A program made the position numbers and the translations under genes. 64,000 nt of DNA from Chthoniobacteraceae bacterium (GTDB lineage: Bacteria > Verrucomicrobiota > Verrucomicrobiia > Chthoniobacterales > Chthoniobacteraceae), in the NCBI GenBank assembly GCA_031425095.1, contig JANPIS010000413.1, positions 1,850 to 65,849 of the forward strand, written 5' to 3'. Shown piece after piece: positions 44,305 through 56,947 of the stretch. The notes under the pieces were generated by a model, which saw nothing but the letters and a program-made list of their open reading frames with translations, had not been told where the DNA came from and did not search any database. How positions within the stretch are numbered: position 1 is the stretch's first letter; each line of letters opens with the position of its first letter.

Positions 44305-44679
44305 ATGAAAAGCACTCTCCTCACCCTCGCCGCGCTCGGTGCCTCCCTCGGCCTGACCCTCGCTCAAGACCAAGGCAAAGCCCCCGACAACAGCGGCAAA
44401 AACGAACGCGACAAGTCCGGCGCCACCGTCACTCCTGGCGACCAATCGAATGCCCCTGCAGACCTGAAGATCACCCAGGATATTCGGCGCATGGTCATGG
44501 ACGACAAGTCACTCAGCATGACGGCCAAGAACGTGAAGATCATCACGATCGCGGGCAAAGTCACGCTGCGCGGACCCGTGAATTCCCCCGCCGAAAAGGA
44601 AGCCGTATGCAATCACGCCAAAATGGTCGCTGGCAAAACCGCCGTAACCGACGAAATCGAAGTCAAATCCACCAAGTAA
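44305..44679 (+). CDS. BON domain-containing secreted protein
   Basis: Signal peptide. DIRRMVMDDKSLSMTAKNVKIITIAGKVTLRGPVNSPAEKEAV. Confidence 0.8.
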   Translation: MKSTLLTLAALGASLGLTLAQDQGKAPDNSGKNERDKSGATVTPGDQSNAPADLKITQDIRRMVMDDKSLSMTAKNVKIITIAGKVTLRGPVNSPAEKEAVCNHAKMVAGKTAVTDEIEVKSTK

Positions 44680-44711
44680 CCCACTAAAACCTCAATAACC
44701 TCATCACCTAT

Positions 44712-45239
44712 ATGTCACACAACGCTGTCTTTTGTATTGCCACCAACCGCCCGCAGGCCGAGCGCATTGTCGATCGCCTGCTGACCTCCGGCTTTACCGC
44801 CGCGGATGTTTCTGTCGTCTATCCTCAAGGCCCCGGCCAGGATGTCGGCCACGTCAAAGCCACGAAGGCTCCTGAAGGCACCGCCACCGGCGCCGCCGCG
44901 GGTGGCGTGACCGGTGGTGTCCTCGGGCTCCTCGCGGGCATCGGCGCGCTGGCCATCCCCGGCGTCGGGCCGCTTATCGCGGCTGGCCCCATCATGGCGG
45001 CACTCAGCGGCGCGGCCGTCGGCGCTGCGGCGGGCGGTCTCGCCGGTGGGTTGATCGGCCTCGGCATTCCCGAGATCGAAGCCAAGGTCTATGAACAGAA
45101 GCTCTTGAAGGGCAACTATCTTATCTCCGCCACTGCGGCGACCGACGAGTTGGAGGACCGCGCGGAAGAAATCTTCCGCCAGGAGAAAGCCGAAGACATC
45201 TCGACCGTGGACCAGGCCAAAGTTCCGACTCCAGCCTGA
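44712..45239 (+). CDS. general-stress-type protein (YflT-like N-domain plus glycine-zipper segment)
   Basis: AVFCIATNRPQAERIVDRLLTSGF...DVSVV followed by a GxxxG-rich hydrophobic stretch and an acidic tail. Confidence 0.65.
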   Translation: MSHNAVFCIATNRPQAERIVDRLLTSGFTAADVSVVYPQGPGQDVGHVKATKAPEGTATGAAAGGVTGGVLGLLAGIGALAIPGVGPLIAAGPIMAALSGAAVGAAAGGLAGGLIGLGIPEIEAKVYEQKLLKGNYLISATAATDELEDRAEEIFRQEKAEDISTVDQAKVPTPA

Positions 45240-45416
45240 CACTCTTTCGGCAGACGGCATCTGCCTACAGAATGCTGCGCCCGACCGCCTCGCATGGGGC
45301 GGTCGTGGCGCGCAGGATGGAAAGCCATGTCCCCGAAAGGTTCGTTGGGGATAACTCTTTAGATCCTCTGTCAGGAAAGAAGCCGACGCTCACCCCTTGC
45401 TCACACTCCCAACCAC

Positions 45417-47570
<2,154 letters not shown>

Positions 47571-47625
47571 AGCGCCTTCAAAATGATCTACCGACTCCCA
47601 AAGCCTTGGCAATCACTTCTGACCT

Positions 47626-47898
47626 ATGCCCGACGTTGGCCTGACCACTGCCACTGAACCCCTCGATCCGAAATACCGAGTCATCATCAAGTACTCGGTC
47701 GAAGTCGAAGGGTTGCCCGTCTATAATGAATCGTATGATGTGGCTAAGCTCGCCGATGAATTGAAACAGGACGAGGCGGAAGTGGCGCGGCTGTGGCTGC
47801 GCCGGGTGAAATGCGTGGTCGCTTGCCGGCACGCCCCCATGTTTTCCGCCTCGCTCACGCGTTGCCTCGCGGAAGGATTGGCGCCAGACAAGCCCTGA
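47626..47898 (+). CDS. hypothetical protein
   Basis: ORF-track entry. The first 60 aa look protein-like (YRVIIKYSVEVEGLPVYNESYDVAKLADELKQDEAEVARLW). No family assigned. Confidence 0.35.
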   Translation: MPDVGLTTATEPLDPKYRVIIKYSVEVEGLPVYNESYDVAKLADELKQDEAEVARLWLRRVKCVVACRHAPMFSASLTRCLAEGLAPDKP

Positions 47899-48008
47899 TG
47901 TTCGCCTTTTTCTCCAATCGACTCGGCTGCCTCGGCTCCCTTGGTGTTTCCCTGATCGGTTCGCTTCTGCTGTTTCTCGTTCTGCGGGGATGTAGCGGGG
48001 CTCTTTGA
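47898..48008 (+). CDS. 36-aa hydrophobic peptide ending ...LRGCSGAL
   Basis: Internal ATG overlapping the previous stop (TGATG): MFAFFSNRLGCLGSLGVSLIGSLLLFLVLRGCSGAL. Resembles the 59510-59626 peptide. Confidence 0.35.
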   Translation: MFAFFSNRLGCLGSLGVSLIGSLLLFLVLRGCSGAL

Positions 48009-48025
48009 CCGCAGACCCCACTGCG

Positions 48026-48970
48026 ATGGCGTCTCCCTCCACGAGTCGATTGCTCGATGTCACCATCGTCGGCGGCGGCGCAGCTGGGCTGAGCGCGGCC
48101 CTGGTACTCGGGAGATGCCTTCGCCGAGTCGTGGTCTGCGATGCGGGTCGCCCGCGCAATGCACCGGCGCGCGTTTTCAATGGATACCTTTCGCGCGACG
48201 GTTCGACTCCGGGAGAGTTTCTGAAGATCTCCCGCGAGCAGCTTCGGCGTTACGAGACGGTGGAACTTCGTCGGGCGACGGTTACCGCCGCAGAGCGAGG
48301 GCACGATTGCTTTACGGTGACGCTCGACACCGGGGTGAAGGTCACTTCGCGAATGCTGCTGCTGGCGACCGGATTAGTCGATGAGCTTCCCAAGATCGAA
48401 GGCTTCGAGGCGTTTTACGGCAAGACCGCCCATAGCTGTCCCTATTGCGATGGTTGGGAACATCGAGGCGAGGCCGTCGTCGTGCTCGGCGGCACGCAGG
48501 AGGGCGCCGACCTCGCGATCGAGATGCTGCTCTGGAGTAAGGACCTGGTGCTCTGTGCCAATGGACCTTTGCGTTGTGACGCAAAAAGTCGCCGGCAAAT
48601 CGAAAAGGCCGGAATGCGCGTGATCGAGACACCGATCCGGCTCTTGGAAGGAGAAGGCGACGAGCTTTCCGGCGTGCGCTTCACGGACGATACGTTGCTG
48701 CCACGCACCGTCCTTTTTTTCTCTCCGGGCCAGCATCAGCGCTCGCCGCTGGCGGAAAAGTTGGGCTGCAAATTCTGCGAAGAAGATAACTGCATCCAAT
48801 GCGACGAAAAGGCCGCCACCTGTATCCCGGGACTGTATGCCGCCGGGAATGCCAGCCGTGGTGTGCAGTTAGTCATTGCTGCGGTAGCGGAGGGAACCTT
48901 GGCGGCTGTGGCAATCAACAACGCCTTGACAGAAGCAGATGCGGAAGCGGGAGACCTTCCGGCGAATTGA
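48026..48970 (+). CDS. thioredoxin-reductase-like FAD/NAD(P)-dependent disulfide oxidoreductase
   Basis: VTIVGGGAAGLSAAL (FAD GxGxxG). Redox motif SCPYCDGWE. Second Rossmann VVVLGG. C-terminal GLYAAGN. Confidence 0.85.
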   Translation: MASPSTSRLLDVTIVGGGAAGLSAALVLGRCLRRVVVCDAGRPRNAPARVFNGYLSRDGSTPGEFLKISREQLRRYETVELRRATVTAAERGHDCFTVTLDTGVKVTSRMLLLATGLVDELPKIEGFEAFYGKTAHSCPYCDGWEHRGEAVVVLGGTQEGADLAIEMLLWSKDLVLCANGPLRCDAKSRRQIEKAGMRVIETPIRLLEGEGDELSGVRFTDDTLLPRTVLFFSPGQHQRSPLAEKLGCKFCEEDNCIQCDEKAATCIPGLYAAGNASRGVQLVIAAVAEGTLAAVAINNALTEADAEAGDLPAN

Positions 48971-49030
48971 TCTGCCACGCTTCATGACGTGCCGCCGCCG
49001 CTCGCTGCGGTCGGCGGCACGTCGCTGTCA

Positions 49031-49816
49031 CTAACGCGACCGGGCCGCTTTGCGGCCGTTTCCTTCGAGCGTGGTTTTGCCAGCCTTCGGCGTCGCCTTG
49101 AGCACCTGAAACTCTTTCAGCGCAGGCGACTCGACGACAGTGATGCCGTCGCCTCGATTCCAAGGACCGTCCGCGTCCACTTCGCCGTCCTCGCCCTCGC
49201 CAGTCGAGTCATTGTAATAGTGATCCACGATGCCCGGAGTGGGCGGAATGAGACCGATGGAAAGCGGCGGCTTGCCGAGGCTCTCCAGCGCTTCCATAAA
49301 GGCTCGCATGTGAGTGATCTCCCGCGTCATCAGGAATTGCAGGGCCTCCTTGGTGCCGGGATCGTCGCAGAAATTGATCAGCCGTTCATAGACGATCTTG
49401 GCCCGCGCTTCCGCGGCGATGTTACTTCGCAAGTCCACGTCCAGTTCGCCCGTGACCTTCAGATAATCGGCGGTCCATGCATTGCCCATGGAATTGCACA
49501 GCGCCACCCCGCCGCCGCCCGCAATCGCAATGAGCGGATCGTGCTCCGCCGCATCCGCGTCCTTTTTCATCGGCTTGAGATGCATGCGGGCGAGAGTGCC
49601 GATGATTTCGAGATGGCTCAACTCCTCGGTCCCAATGTCCATGAGCAAGTCTTTGCAAGCCATGTCTTCGCAGTTGATCCCCTGGATGGAATACTGCATG
49701 GCCGCCGCAAGCTCACCGTTTGCGCCGCCAAACTGCTCCAGGAGCATATTGCCAAAACGCGGGTCGGGCTGGCCGACGCGCACCGTGAACATGAGTTTTT
49801 TGATGTGATGATACAT
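49031..49816 (-). CDS. manganese catalase
   Basis: MYHHIKKLMFTVRVGQPDPRFGNMLLEQFGGANGELAAAMQYSIQG...EELSHLEIIG are ferritin-like di-Mn ligand blocks. Confidence 0.9.
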   Translation of the reverse strand: MYHHIKKLMFTVRVGQPDPRFGNMLLEQFGGANGELAAAMQYSIQGINCEDMACKDLLMDIGTEELSHLEIIGTLARMHLKPMKKDADAAEHDPLIAIAGGGGVALCNSMGNAWTADYLKVTGELDVDLRSNIAAEARAKIVYERLINFCDDPGTKEALQFLMTREITHMRAFMEALESLGKPPLSIGLIPPTPGIVDHYYNDSTGEGEDGEVDADGPWNRGDGITVVESPALKEFQVLKATPKAGKTTLEGNGRKAARSR

Positions 49817-50107
49817 AGATGTGGGTTTGAATTCTGCCCCGGCAGACCATCCGGCGGGGCATTTTCATTTCGCCGCCGCTTGGTGGTGTGGCCGGAGAAA
49901 ATTTGAGAATCGTGCGATGCGCACGTGGCAGCCTGCTAGGTCGCCGCTCGGCAGCCACTCAGCCCGCGCCGTCCCGGCCGATCAGGGGTCCGTCACTCAT
50001 CGGCGCATCTTCTCATCGCGCGAAGCCGGGGCGGCGAACGCTTAACTTTCGACCAGACTAAGCCACTCGAACGGCCACTTGCGGGCGCAGTCGCGAAGAT
50101 TGACCGT

Positions 50108-51511
50108 ATGACCGCGCCCACCCCACTTGAGTTACCCTCGAAGCCGGTTGCCTCCGAATCTTGGATCAGACATCGGAAAAAATTCGGCGTGATCCTCGGC
50201 GCTATCGTTTTATTGGCCGTGGGCGGCTACTACGCTGGCGGCGCTCTGCTCAGTCGCTACCTGGAGAGTGGGGATCTGCGCTCCCGCATGACCGGCCACA
50301 CCGCCAAGGTTCTGAGCGCGCCAAGCGCCTATCAGCCGCTCTCATGGCGGGGCCTTTCCGTTTTCTCGGAGGGCTTCCGGGCTGAGGGGAAACCGCCATC
50401 GGCACTCACGGCGCTTCGTGCGCGATCCATCCACGCGCGAAGCAATATTGCGGAACTGTGGCGTGGCAAATGGCGGATTGAGACCCTTACGCTCGACCAT
50501 TTGGAGGCGGCTTATGGCCCGGCCGCAGCGACGCGGCTCGTCGAAAAGTTCCCGCCCTGGCCGCCGTTGGAGCTGCCCGCTGAAACCGAGTCGCCGTTTA
50601 GCCTCGATCTCCGGCACACTTTGATCGCCCGCACCGATCTGCACTGGGGCGCTGAGCCGAATGCGCTCGGCTCCTTCCGGGGTGTGACGACGAACTGGTA
50701 TCCCACGGGGAAAGATTTGGTCGTGCATGGCGAGGGTGGCAGGCTGAGTCAATCCGGTTTCCCGGAACTGGGGGTCGCGAGTTTCAAACTCTATTACGCC
50801 AAGCCGTCGCTGCGTATCGACGAAGGTTCGTTGACGCTCGGCGAGACCGGGCTGATCACCGTTGGGGGACAGTTTATCTTCGACCAACCCGGCACGATGG
50901 ATGTGCAGCTGAATTTCCGACGCTGCTCGGTGACTCCTTTCCTCCCCAAAGAGTCACGCGCGAAATTCTCTGGCGCGTTTGCTGGAGAGACCCGCTTGCA
51001 GAAGAAATTGAGCGGCGAGGGGCCTGTGGTATCTGGAGGGCAGCTCGTGTTCAGCGGCGCAGTGTTGCAAAACATCGACGCGCTGGAAAAGGTGGCCGCC
51101 TTCACCGGGAAGCGTGAGTTTAGCCGTCTGACTCTCGAAGAACTGCGCGGCGATTTTCAGTCCGACGGTGAGACGACGACGATCAAAAACCTTCAACTCG
51201 AAGCCCGCGGCCTCCTCCGCGTGGAAGGTTCCTGCACCGTGCAAAAACGGTCGATTCGCGGGACGTTGAAAGTGGGCACGACTGCGGCGGTGCTTGCCTC
51301 ATTTCCCGGCGCTCGCGAAGCGGTCTTCACCGAAGTTCGCGGAGATTATTTCTGGACGACGGTGAAGGTCAGCGGGTCGATGAAAGAGCCGCGCAATGGC
51401 CTCAAACCCCAATTGGTTTCGGCGGCGAAGAAGCATTTCGCGAAGAAGCTTCTCGCGCCGCTGCTGAGGCCCGGCAAGGAAGTCATCGAGCAGATCGACG
51501 CGCTCTTCTGA
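50108..51511 (+). CDS. membrane-anchored hypothetical protein (AsmA-like organisation suspected)
   Basis: Single N-terminal TM (FGVILGAIVLLAVGGYYAG) and a long beta-rich ectodomain. No precise family assigned. Confidence 0.6.
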   Translation: MTAPTPLELPSKPVASESWIRHRKKFGVILGAIVLLAVGGYYAGGALLSRYLESGDLRSRMTGHTAKVLSAPSAYQPLSWRGLSVFSEGFRAEGKPPSALTALRARSIHARSNIAELWRGKWRIETLTLDHLEAAYGPAAATRLVEKFPPWPPLELPAETESPFSLDLRHTLIARTDLHWGAEPNALGSFRGVTTNWYPTGKDLVVHGEGGRLSQSGFPELGVASFKLYYAKPSLRIDEGSLTLGETGLITVGGQFIFDQPGTMDVQLNFRRCSVTPFLPKESRAKFSGAFAGETRLQKKLSGEGPVVSGGQLVFSGAVLQNIDALEKVAAFTGKREFSRLTLEELRGDFQSDGETTTIKNLQLEARGLLRVEGSCTVQKRSIRGTLKVGTTAAVLASFPGAREAVFTEVRGDYFWTTVKVSGSMKEPRNGLKPQLVSAAKKHFAKKLLAPLLRPGKEVIEQIDALF

Positions 51512-51618
51512 GAGCGAGTGCCGCCGGGTGCGAGCTTTCTACTTCCCTCGGCGCAAGACCATCTGTCGCTTGCTGCAAACGCGGCCGGTGACGCGCCGAG
51601 ACGCGAATCACTCGACGT

Positions 51619-52577
51619 ATGAAACCCCGGAAACTTCGTTTGATCCTCAATGGCAAGTCTGCGGACGCGCCCGAGCTGCGCGAAGCGGTGGACGCCTTGC
51701 GCGCTGCGGGTCAACCCATCGACGTGCGGGTCACCTGGGAAAAGGACGACGCTCGGCGTTGGGCCGCGGAAACGGAAGAAGGTGAGACGATCGTCGCCGC
51801 CGGGGCGACGGCACACTGCACGACGTCGTGCAGGGCATCATGAGCCGACCCGCCGCGGCACGTCCTCTCCTGGGAGTCGTCCCGCTCGGAACGGCCAATG
51901 ATTTCGCCGTCGGCTGTGGCATCCCGGTCGGGCCACGAGAGGCGCTGGATCTTTGTGCCCACGGCGCTCCGGCCCCTATCGATGTCGGTCGTGCAAACGA
52001 TCACTGGTTCATCAATGCCGCAAGCTGCGGCTTCGGCGCCGACGTGACCGCCAACACGCCACCGGAACTCAAACGCCTTCTCGGCGGCGCCGCCTACACG
52101 CTCATGGGTGCCATCCTCGCCATCACTTTCGAGCCCGCGCAGGGCCGACTCGTCCTGCCGGATGGAGAAGCGCACGAGGATGCCGTCGTTGCCATCATCG
52201 GCAATGGCCGACAGACCGGCGGGGGCAAACAGTTCGCGCCCCGCGCGCTGCTCGATGACGGCCTGCTCGACATTCTCGTCATCCGAAAAGTGCCGGCGAC
52301 CGCGCTCCTCCAGGCCGCTCGCGAACTCCAGGAACTCCGCTCCGACGGCGAATACATTTCCTACCGACAGGCCCCTTGGGCGGAGTTCAGTTGCGAACAT
52401 CTCATTTCGATCAATCTCGACGGCGAGCCCGTTTCTTTCGATCGCGTGCGCTACGAAGTGGAGCCGGCAGCTCTGCGCCTCATCGTCCCCGCCGACTGCC
52501 CTGAGATTCGTCCCGCATCAGCTCCCAAGCAGTGCCAAGAGGCACGGAGCGGGTCTGTTGCAGCCGCCAGAGGTTAG
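51619..52577 (+). pseudogene. YegS/diacylglycerol-kinase-family lipid kinase, split by a 1-nt deletion in a G-run
   Basis: ORF 51619-51843 ends ...ETIVAAG|ATAHCTT. ORF 51828-52577 in the other frame, read upstream, gives GDGTLHDVVQGIM...LGVVPLGTANDFA. The canonical (A/G)GGDGT motif is restored if gggg (51802-51805) were ggggg. Confidence 0.8.
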
Positions 52578-53131
52578 GCGCGTTTCGGTAAAGTTCCCAT
52601 GCTGCTCGGGAAATGAGAAATTCCAGCGATCAGACCAGAAAAATCGTCCCGAAGCGTTAAGGCAGCCTCACAGGACGCCGCTCGGCAGCCATCCACCCCC
52701 CCGACCATCGCGAGTAGTGCCGAGAGCGCGAGGAAGAGCCAATCCGCCAGCGCTTCATGCGGGCTGCCGGCCATGACGTGGTGAATGCGCAGCAGGTGGT
52801 GGTCGATGATCCCCTCGACGAGGTTGAATACGCCCCAACCCATGAGCATCGCGCCGGCCAGGACGCGCCCCTTCCACTGCCGCTGCGGATGGCGTGCGGC
52901 ATGGAAGAGCAAAACGACTCCGGCGAGGGTCACCACCCAGACTGCGAGGTGGAAAAATCCGTCCTGCGCCGTCTGCGCTTTAGCCTCCGCCAGCGAGCGC
53001 GGCTCGCACGTCGCGGAGACGCAGACGAGGTGATCCCATTGGAGGATCTGGTGGAGCACGATGCCATTGAGAAACCCGTCGAGCCCGATGCCCGTCACAA
53101 AACCTGCCACTGGAAGCGTCACCGGTTTCAT
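52574..53131 (-). CDS. DUF2243-like membrane protein (paralogue 2)
   Basis: GLDGFLNGIVLHQILQWDH...GVFNLVEGIIDHHLLRIHHV. The ATG overlaps the stop of the upstream GH13 gene (ATGA). Confidence 0.75.
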   Translation of the reverse strand: MKPVTLPVAGFVTGIGLDGFLNGIVLHQILQWDHLVCVSATCEPRSLAEAKAQTAQDGFFHLAVWVVTLAGVVLLFHAARHPQRQWKGRVLAGAMLMGWGVFNLVEGIIDHHLLRIHHVMAGSPHEALADWLFLALSALLAMVGGVDGCRAASCEAALTLRDDFSGLIAGISHFPSSMGTLPKRA

Positions 53132-55050
53132 CGGCTGCGTAAGACGACCAGTTCCGGCCGGTCGAAGGCTGCTTCGCCAAGCTCGTCGTTCCAGCCGCTC
53201 GCACCGTCACCGCCGAAACGGGTCTCTCGCGTCGAAAGCACGCACCGCCACTGGCCACCACGCGCAGGCTCGGGGGCTTCGGTGAGCGGGCCGTGCGGTT
53301 CCCCGCTGAGATTCATGAGTAGCAGATACTCGGAGTCGGCCGAGGAAAGGAAAAGAGCACACAGGCCGATGGACAATTCGCGGGCGGTCCAGCCGGCCCT
53401 CCCCGCGGGGCGGAACGCTGCATCGCTGTGGCGCAAGGCGAGACACGCCCGGTAGAGCGCGAGCACCCCGGCCTGATCCGGGAGGCTCGTCTCCTCCCAG
53501 AGCAGACGCGATTGCGTGAAGGTCTCCGCCGCTTGCGGATCGGGGATGCGCTCGACCGCGCCGGGCGCCTGGAAGGCGGCAAAGTCGCGAAATTCCTCAC
53601 GCCGGCCCTCGGTGATTCGCCGCCCGAGTTCCTCATCATGATCCGTGAAGAAGAGAAAGGGCGACGATGCGGCCCACTCCTGGCCCATGAAAAGCATCGG
53701 CGTGTAAGGAGTAAGGCAAAGCAAAGCAGAGGCCGCTCGGTAGGCGTCGGGCGAGATTCCTTCGGTCAGGCGTTCCCCAAAGGCACGGTTGCCGATCTGA
53801 TCGTGATTGGTGATGCAGTGAACGAAGTGCGCGGGTGGCAGCTCCGCGCAGGGAGTGCCGCGCGGAAGCTGCCGCGAGCGCAAAGGCTGGCCCTGGTAAA
53901 ACCAGCCGTCTCGCAATGTGGCCGCGAGTTCCTGGACGGTGCCGAGATAGTCCGCCAGATACGCTTCGCGCTCGCCCGTGAAGGCGACGCGCACCGAATG
54001 GTGGAAATCGTCGGCCCACACGGCATCGAAGCCGAACCCGCCTTGCTCAAAAGCGCGCATGAGGCGCGCATCGTTGCGATTGTCTTCCGCGATGGCGTAG
54101 CCGCCGCGCGCGTGGATGCACTCGGTGATCTCCGCGAGGAGGTGCCGTTCCGAGGTATCGACGATGGCGTGCGTGGCATCGAGGCGGAATCCGTCGATGC
54201 GATACTCCTCCATCCAATAAGCAGCATTCTCCGCCACCATCCGGCGCAGACCGTGAAAGGCCGGACTATCGTAGCGGATCGCGCCGCCCCACGGGGTCTT
54301 CGCCTTCTCGTCGAGGTAATCGCCGATATAGGCCGACAGGTAATTCCCGTCCGGTCCGAAATGGTTGTACACCACGTCGAGAATGATCGCCATGCCCTCC
54401 CCATGCGCCGCATCGACCAGCGCGCGGAGATCGTGGGGGTGTCCATACGCTCGAGAGGGCGCGCAAAGGCAGACGCCGTCGTAGCCCCAGTTCCATTCTC
54501 CGGCGAAATCCGCGATCGGCATGAGTTCGAGCGCGTTGACGCCGAGCGTGCGGAGATGGGGGAGCTTACCGATCAACGCGTGGAAGGTGCCTTCCGGGGT
54601 GAAGGTGCCAACGTGCAATTCGTAGATCACGAGATCGCGGAACTTCGGGCGCTGAAAGCGCTGCTCGCGCCACCGGTAGGCATTGGGGTCGATGACCATC
54701 GACGGGCCATGCACACCGTCCGGTTGCCAGCGTGACGCCGGGTCGGGATGACTCCTCCCGGTGTCGAGCCGGAAGCAGTAGGTATCACCAGGAAGTCCGG
54801 AGGGATCGAAGCCGACGAAGTAACCTGCCGCATCTCGCACCATCGGTACCCGCCGCTGCACCGCCCCTTGGTCCATGATTTCGACATCCACGGCCCGCGA
54901 GATGGGAGCCCACACCCGGTAACCGACGCCATCTTCCATTACCGAAGCGCCGACTTGGGAAATCTCTTCCGCAAGGGTGGTGGGAGACGCATGAGATTTA
55001 GTCATGGGATTTAGCATCGCCGCTCCCGGCTCCCGCCAGCGGTAAGGCAC
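53128..55050 (-). CDS. TreZ-like GH13 alpha-glucan hydrolase (second malto-oligosyltrehalose trehalohydrolase paralogue)
   Basis: YRVWAPISRAVDVEI, YELHVGTFTPEGTF, NWGYDGV, LDVVYNHFGPDGNYL, DGFRLDATHA. The start may be Met 55017 or 55005. Confidence 0.85.
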   Translation of the reverse strand: MPYRWREPGAAMLNPMTKSHASPTTLAEEISQVGASVMEDGVGYRVWAPISRAVDVEIMDQGAVQRRVPMVRDAAGYFVGFDPSGLPGDTYCFRLDTGRSHPDPASRWQPDGVHGPSMVIDPNAYRWREQRFQRPKFRDLVIYELHVGTFTPEGTFHALIGKLPHLRTLGVNALELMPIADFAGEWNWGYDGVCLCAPSRAYGHPHDLRALVDAAHGEGMAIILDVVYNHFGPDGNYLSAYIGDYLDEKAKTPWGGAIRYDSPAFHGLRRMVAENAAYWMEEYRIDGFRLDATHAIVDTSERHLLAEITECIHARGGYAIAEDNRNDARLMRAFEQGGFGFDAVWADDFHHSVRVAFTGEREAYLADYLGTVQELAATLRDGWFYQGQPLRSRQLPRGTPCAELPPAHFVHCITNHDQIGNRAFGERLTEGISPDAYRAASALLCLTPYTPMLFMGQEWAASSPFLFFTDHDEELGRRITEGRREEFRDFAAFQAPGAVERIPDPQAAETFTQSRLLWEETSLPDQAGVLALYRACLALRHSDAAFRPAGRAGWTARELSIGLCALFLSSADSEYLLLMNLSGEPHGPLTEAPEPARGGQWRCVLSTRETRFGGDGASGWNDELGEAAFDRPELVVLRSR

Positions 55051-55125
55051 ACGGCGGAACGACGGGTCAGGGACGCGATGGAATCTTCCCGTTACCGGAA
55101 GCGTGGGACGACCAATGAGCCAGTG

Positions 55126-56343
55126 TTACTGCCGCAACGCTCCGGCGGGACTCGGTCGCGCAGTCGTCAGGACGGATTCCACAAAGGCCGAAACTGCCTT
55201 GGCATATTCTCCGTGATGCTCGATGAGGCCGAGGTGGCGCGCGGGCTTCAGCGTTACCAGGCGCGCCCCGGGGATGGTGCTGCGCATCTCCTCGCTGGCT
55301 TCCTTTTTCGTGGTCGAATCCTTGTCACCCGCGACCACCAGAGTGGGAACCTGGATCGCCGGCAACACGGCTCGCGCATCGTATTGCATCATGCCAAGCA
55401 TCCCGCGGGCGAGCACAGCCGGGGAAGCTTTGGGTTGGAATTGCGTGGCAAACTCGATCTGCGACCACTTCTCCGTGCCGGCGAAGCTCCCGTGTTTGGT
55501 CGAGAGATGGGCCGTGCCGTTGCGGTAGCTCAGCCAGTTTAGCAGCCACACGAGCGGCGAGAGCGCTATGGTGAGATACATCAGCGGGACGAGCACCGGT
55601 TTCTCGATGGCCGTGTAAAACGCGGTGCCTTTGGTCGTTCGCACGGGGTTGGTCGGCGTGGTGTGGGTGAGGATGAGTCCGGCCACGCGCGACCGGAGCG
55701 CTTCCGGGTAGAGCCGGCAAAAGGTGAGGGTAATCATCCCGCCGATGCTGTGTCCGGCGAGGAAGGCGGGCTTTTCCCCAGCGAGAGGGAGCACTGCGCT
55801 CAGACAGTGCGCGAGATTCTCGACCGTGTAGTCCCGCTGGGGCGGGCGCGTGGAGCTGCCCAGCCCTGGCTCGTCCCAGACGATCAAGCGGTAACGACTC
55901 GCGAGCGCGCGAACCGTCAGATTCCACTCCGCGCTGTGCAGTCCCCAGCCATGAGTTAGGATGAGCGGGGTGCCATCCTCGGGACCGTGAAGCGCGACGT
56001 AGAGCTGCGAGCCATCGGGCGCTTCCACCGTCTGCGTCTTCACGGGTACTGGAGCGATGCGCGGATCGTCCGCCGGCTTGTCGTCCTTCCGCTTCAGCAG
56101 CCAGAGACCCGCGCGCACCATGCTGCCGCCAAAGAGCGCCACCAGGGCGAGCAGCACCGCGGCGACAAGGAGTGCAGTCGGCTCATTCCACCCGAGATTC
56201 GGGTGGAAGAACGAGCGTTGCAGTCCGTCGTCCCAATGCCATGAGCGCTGCTGCCACTCATGCGCCAGCCACCCCGCGGCCCCGACGATGCCGAGCGAAA
56301 GGAGACCGAGGAGCCAAGTGTGAAGAATGAAAATCGGAATCAT
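55126..56343 (-). CDS. alpha/beta hydrolase with N-terminal transmembrane anchor
   Basis: Two or three N-terminal TM helices. Nucleophile elbow LAGHSIGGM. HGWG oxyanion region. Confidence 0.8.
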   Translation of the reverse strand: MIPIFILHTWLLGLLSLGIVGAAGWLAHEWQQRSWHWDDGLQRSFFHPNLGWNEPTALLVAAVLLALVALFGGSMVRAGLWLLKRKDDKPADDPRIAPVPVKTQTVEAPDGSQLYVALHGPEDGTPLILTHGWGLHSAEWNLTVRALASRYRLIVWDEPGLGSSTRPPQRDYTVENLAHCLSAVLPLAGEKPAFLAGHSIGGMITLTFCRLYPEALRSRVAGLILTHTTPTNPVRTTKGTAFYTAIEKPVLVPLMYLTIALSPLVWLLNWLSYRNGTAHLSTKHGSFAGTEKWSQIEFATQFQPKASPAVLARGMLGMMQYDARAVLPAIQVPTLVVAGDKDSTTKKEASEEMRSTIPGARLVTLKPARHLGLIEHHGEYAKAVSAFVESVLTTARPSPAGALRQ

Positions 56344-56577
56344 AATAGATGAAGGCGCGGTGAGGGATGGTGGCTGCGCGAGCGGTCACCGCTCATGCGG
56401 TGCGCAGACCCGCAGGCATATCGCCGGAGGCCACCGGCGCGGTTGGCCCAATCACTCCGATCGCGCGGGAAATTCGTTGAGCCGAAGTTTTTTTTCGTCC
56501 GCAAGCGACCAAATGCCTCCACGTCCGCGATAAGCTTGGTCCAACAACTCGAACCAACCTCAGATCACCTTCACCAA

Positions 56578-56832
56578 ATGAGCATCATCGGAACCATCCT
56601 CATCGGCCTTATTGTCGGCGCTCTCGCCAAATTCCTTATGCCGGGTCGCGACCCGGGCGGCTGGATTGTCACCATCCTTCTCGGACTTGCGGGGTCATTC
56701 CTTGCCCACTTCATCGGTCGCGGAGTTGGCTGGTATGGGGAAGGCGATCCCGCGGGCTTCATCGCCTCGGTCGTCGGTGCCATCGTGCTCCTCGGACTCT
56801 ATCGCGTCGCTCTCGGAAAGCGCGGGGCATAA
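56578..56832 (+). CDS. GlsB/YeaQ/YmgE family stress-response membrane protein
   Basis: Internal ATG: [47 protein letters not shown]. Confidence 0.85.
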   Translation: MSIIGTILIGLIVGALAKFLMPGRDPGGWIVTILLGLAGSFLAHFIGRGVGWYGEGDPAGFIASVVGAIVLLGLYRVALGKRGA

Positions 56833-56947
56833 CCACAGCGGGGCGGCAGACTCTCGGCAAAATCTTCCTACAACCAGCTTCCGAATTCAGCGCGATAAAC
56901 CGCTTGCAGTCCGAAATACAAACCAAAACCAAACTAAACTGATACCA

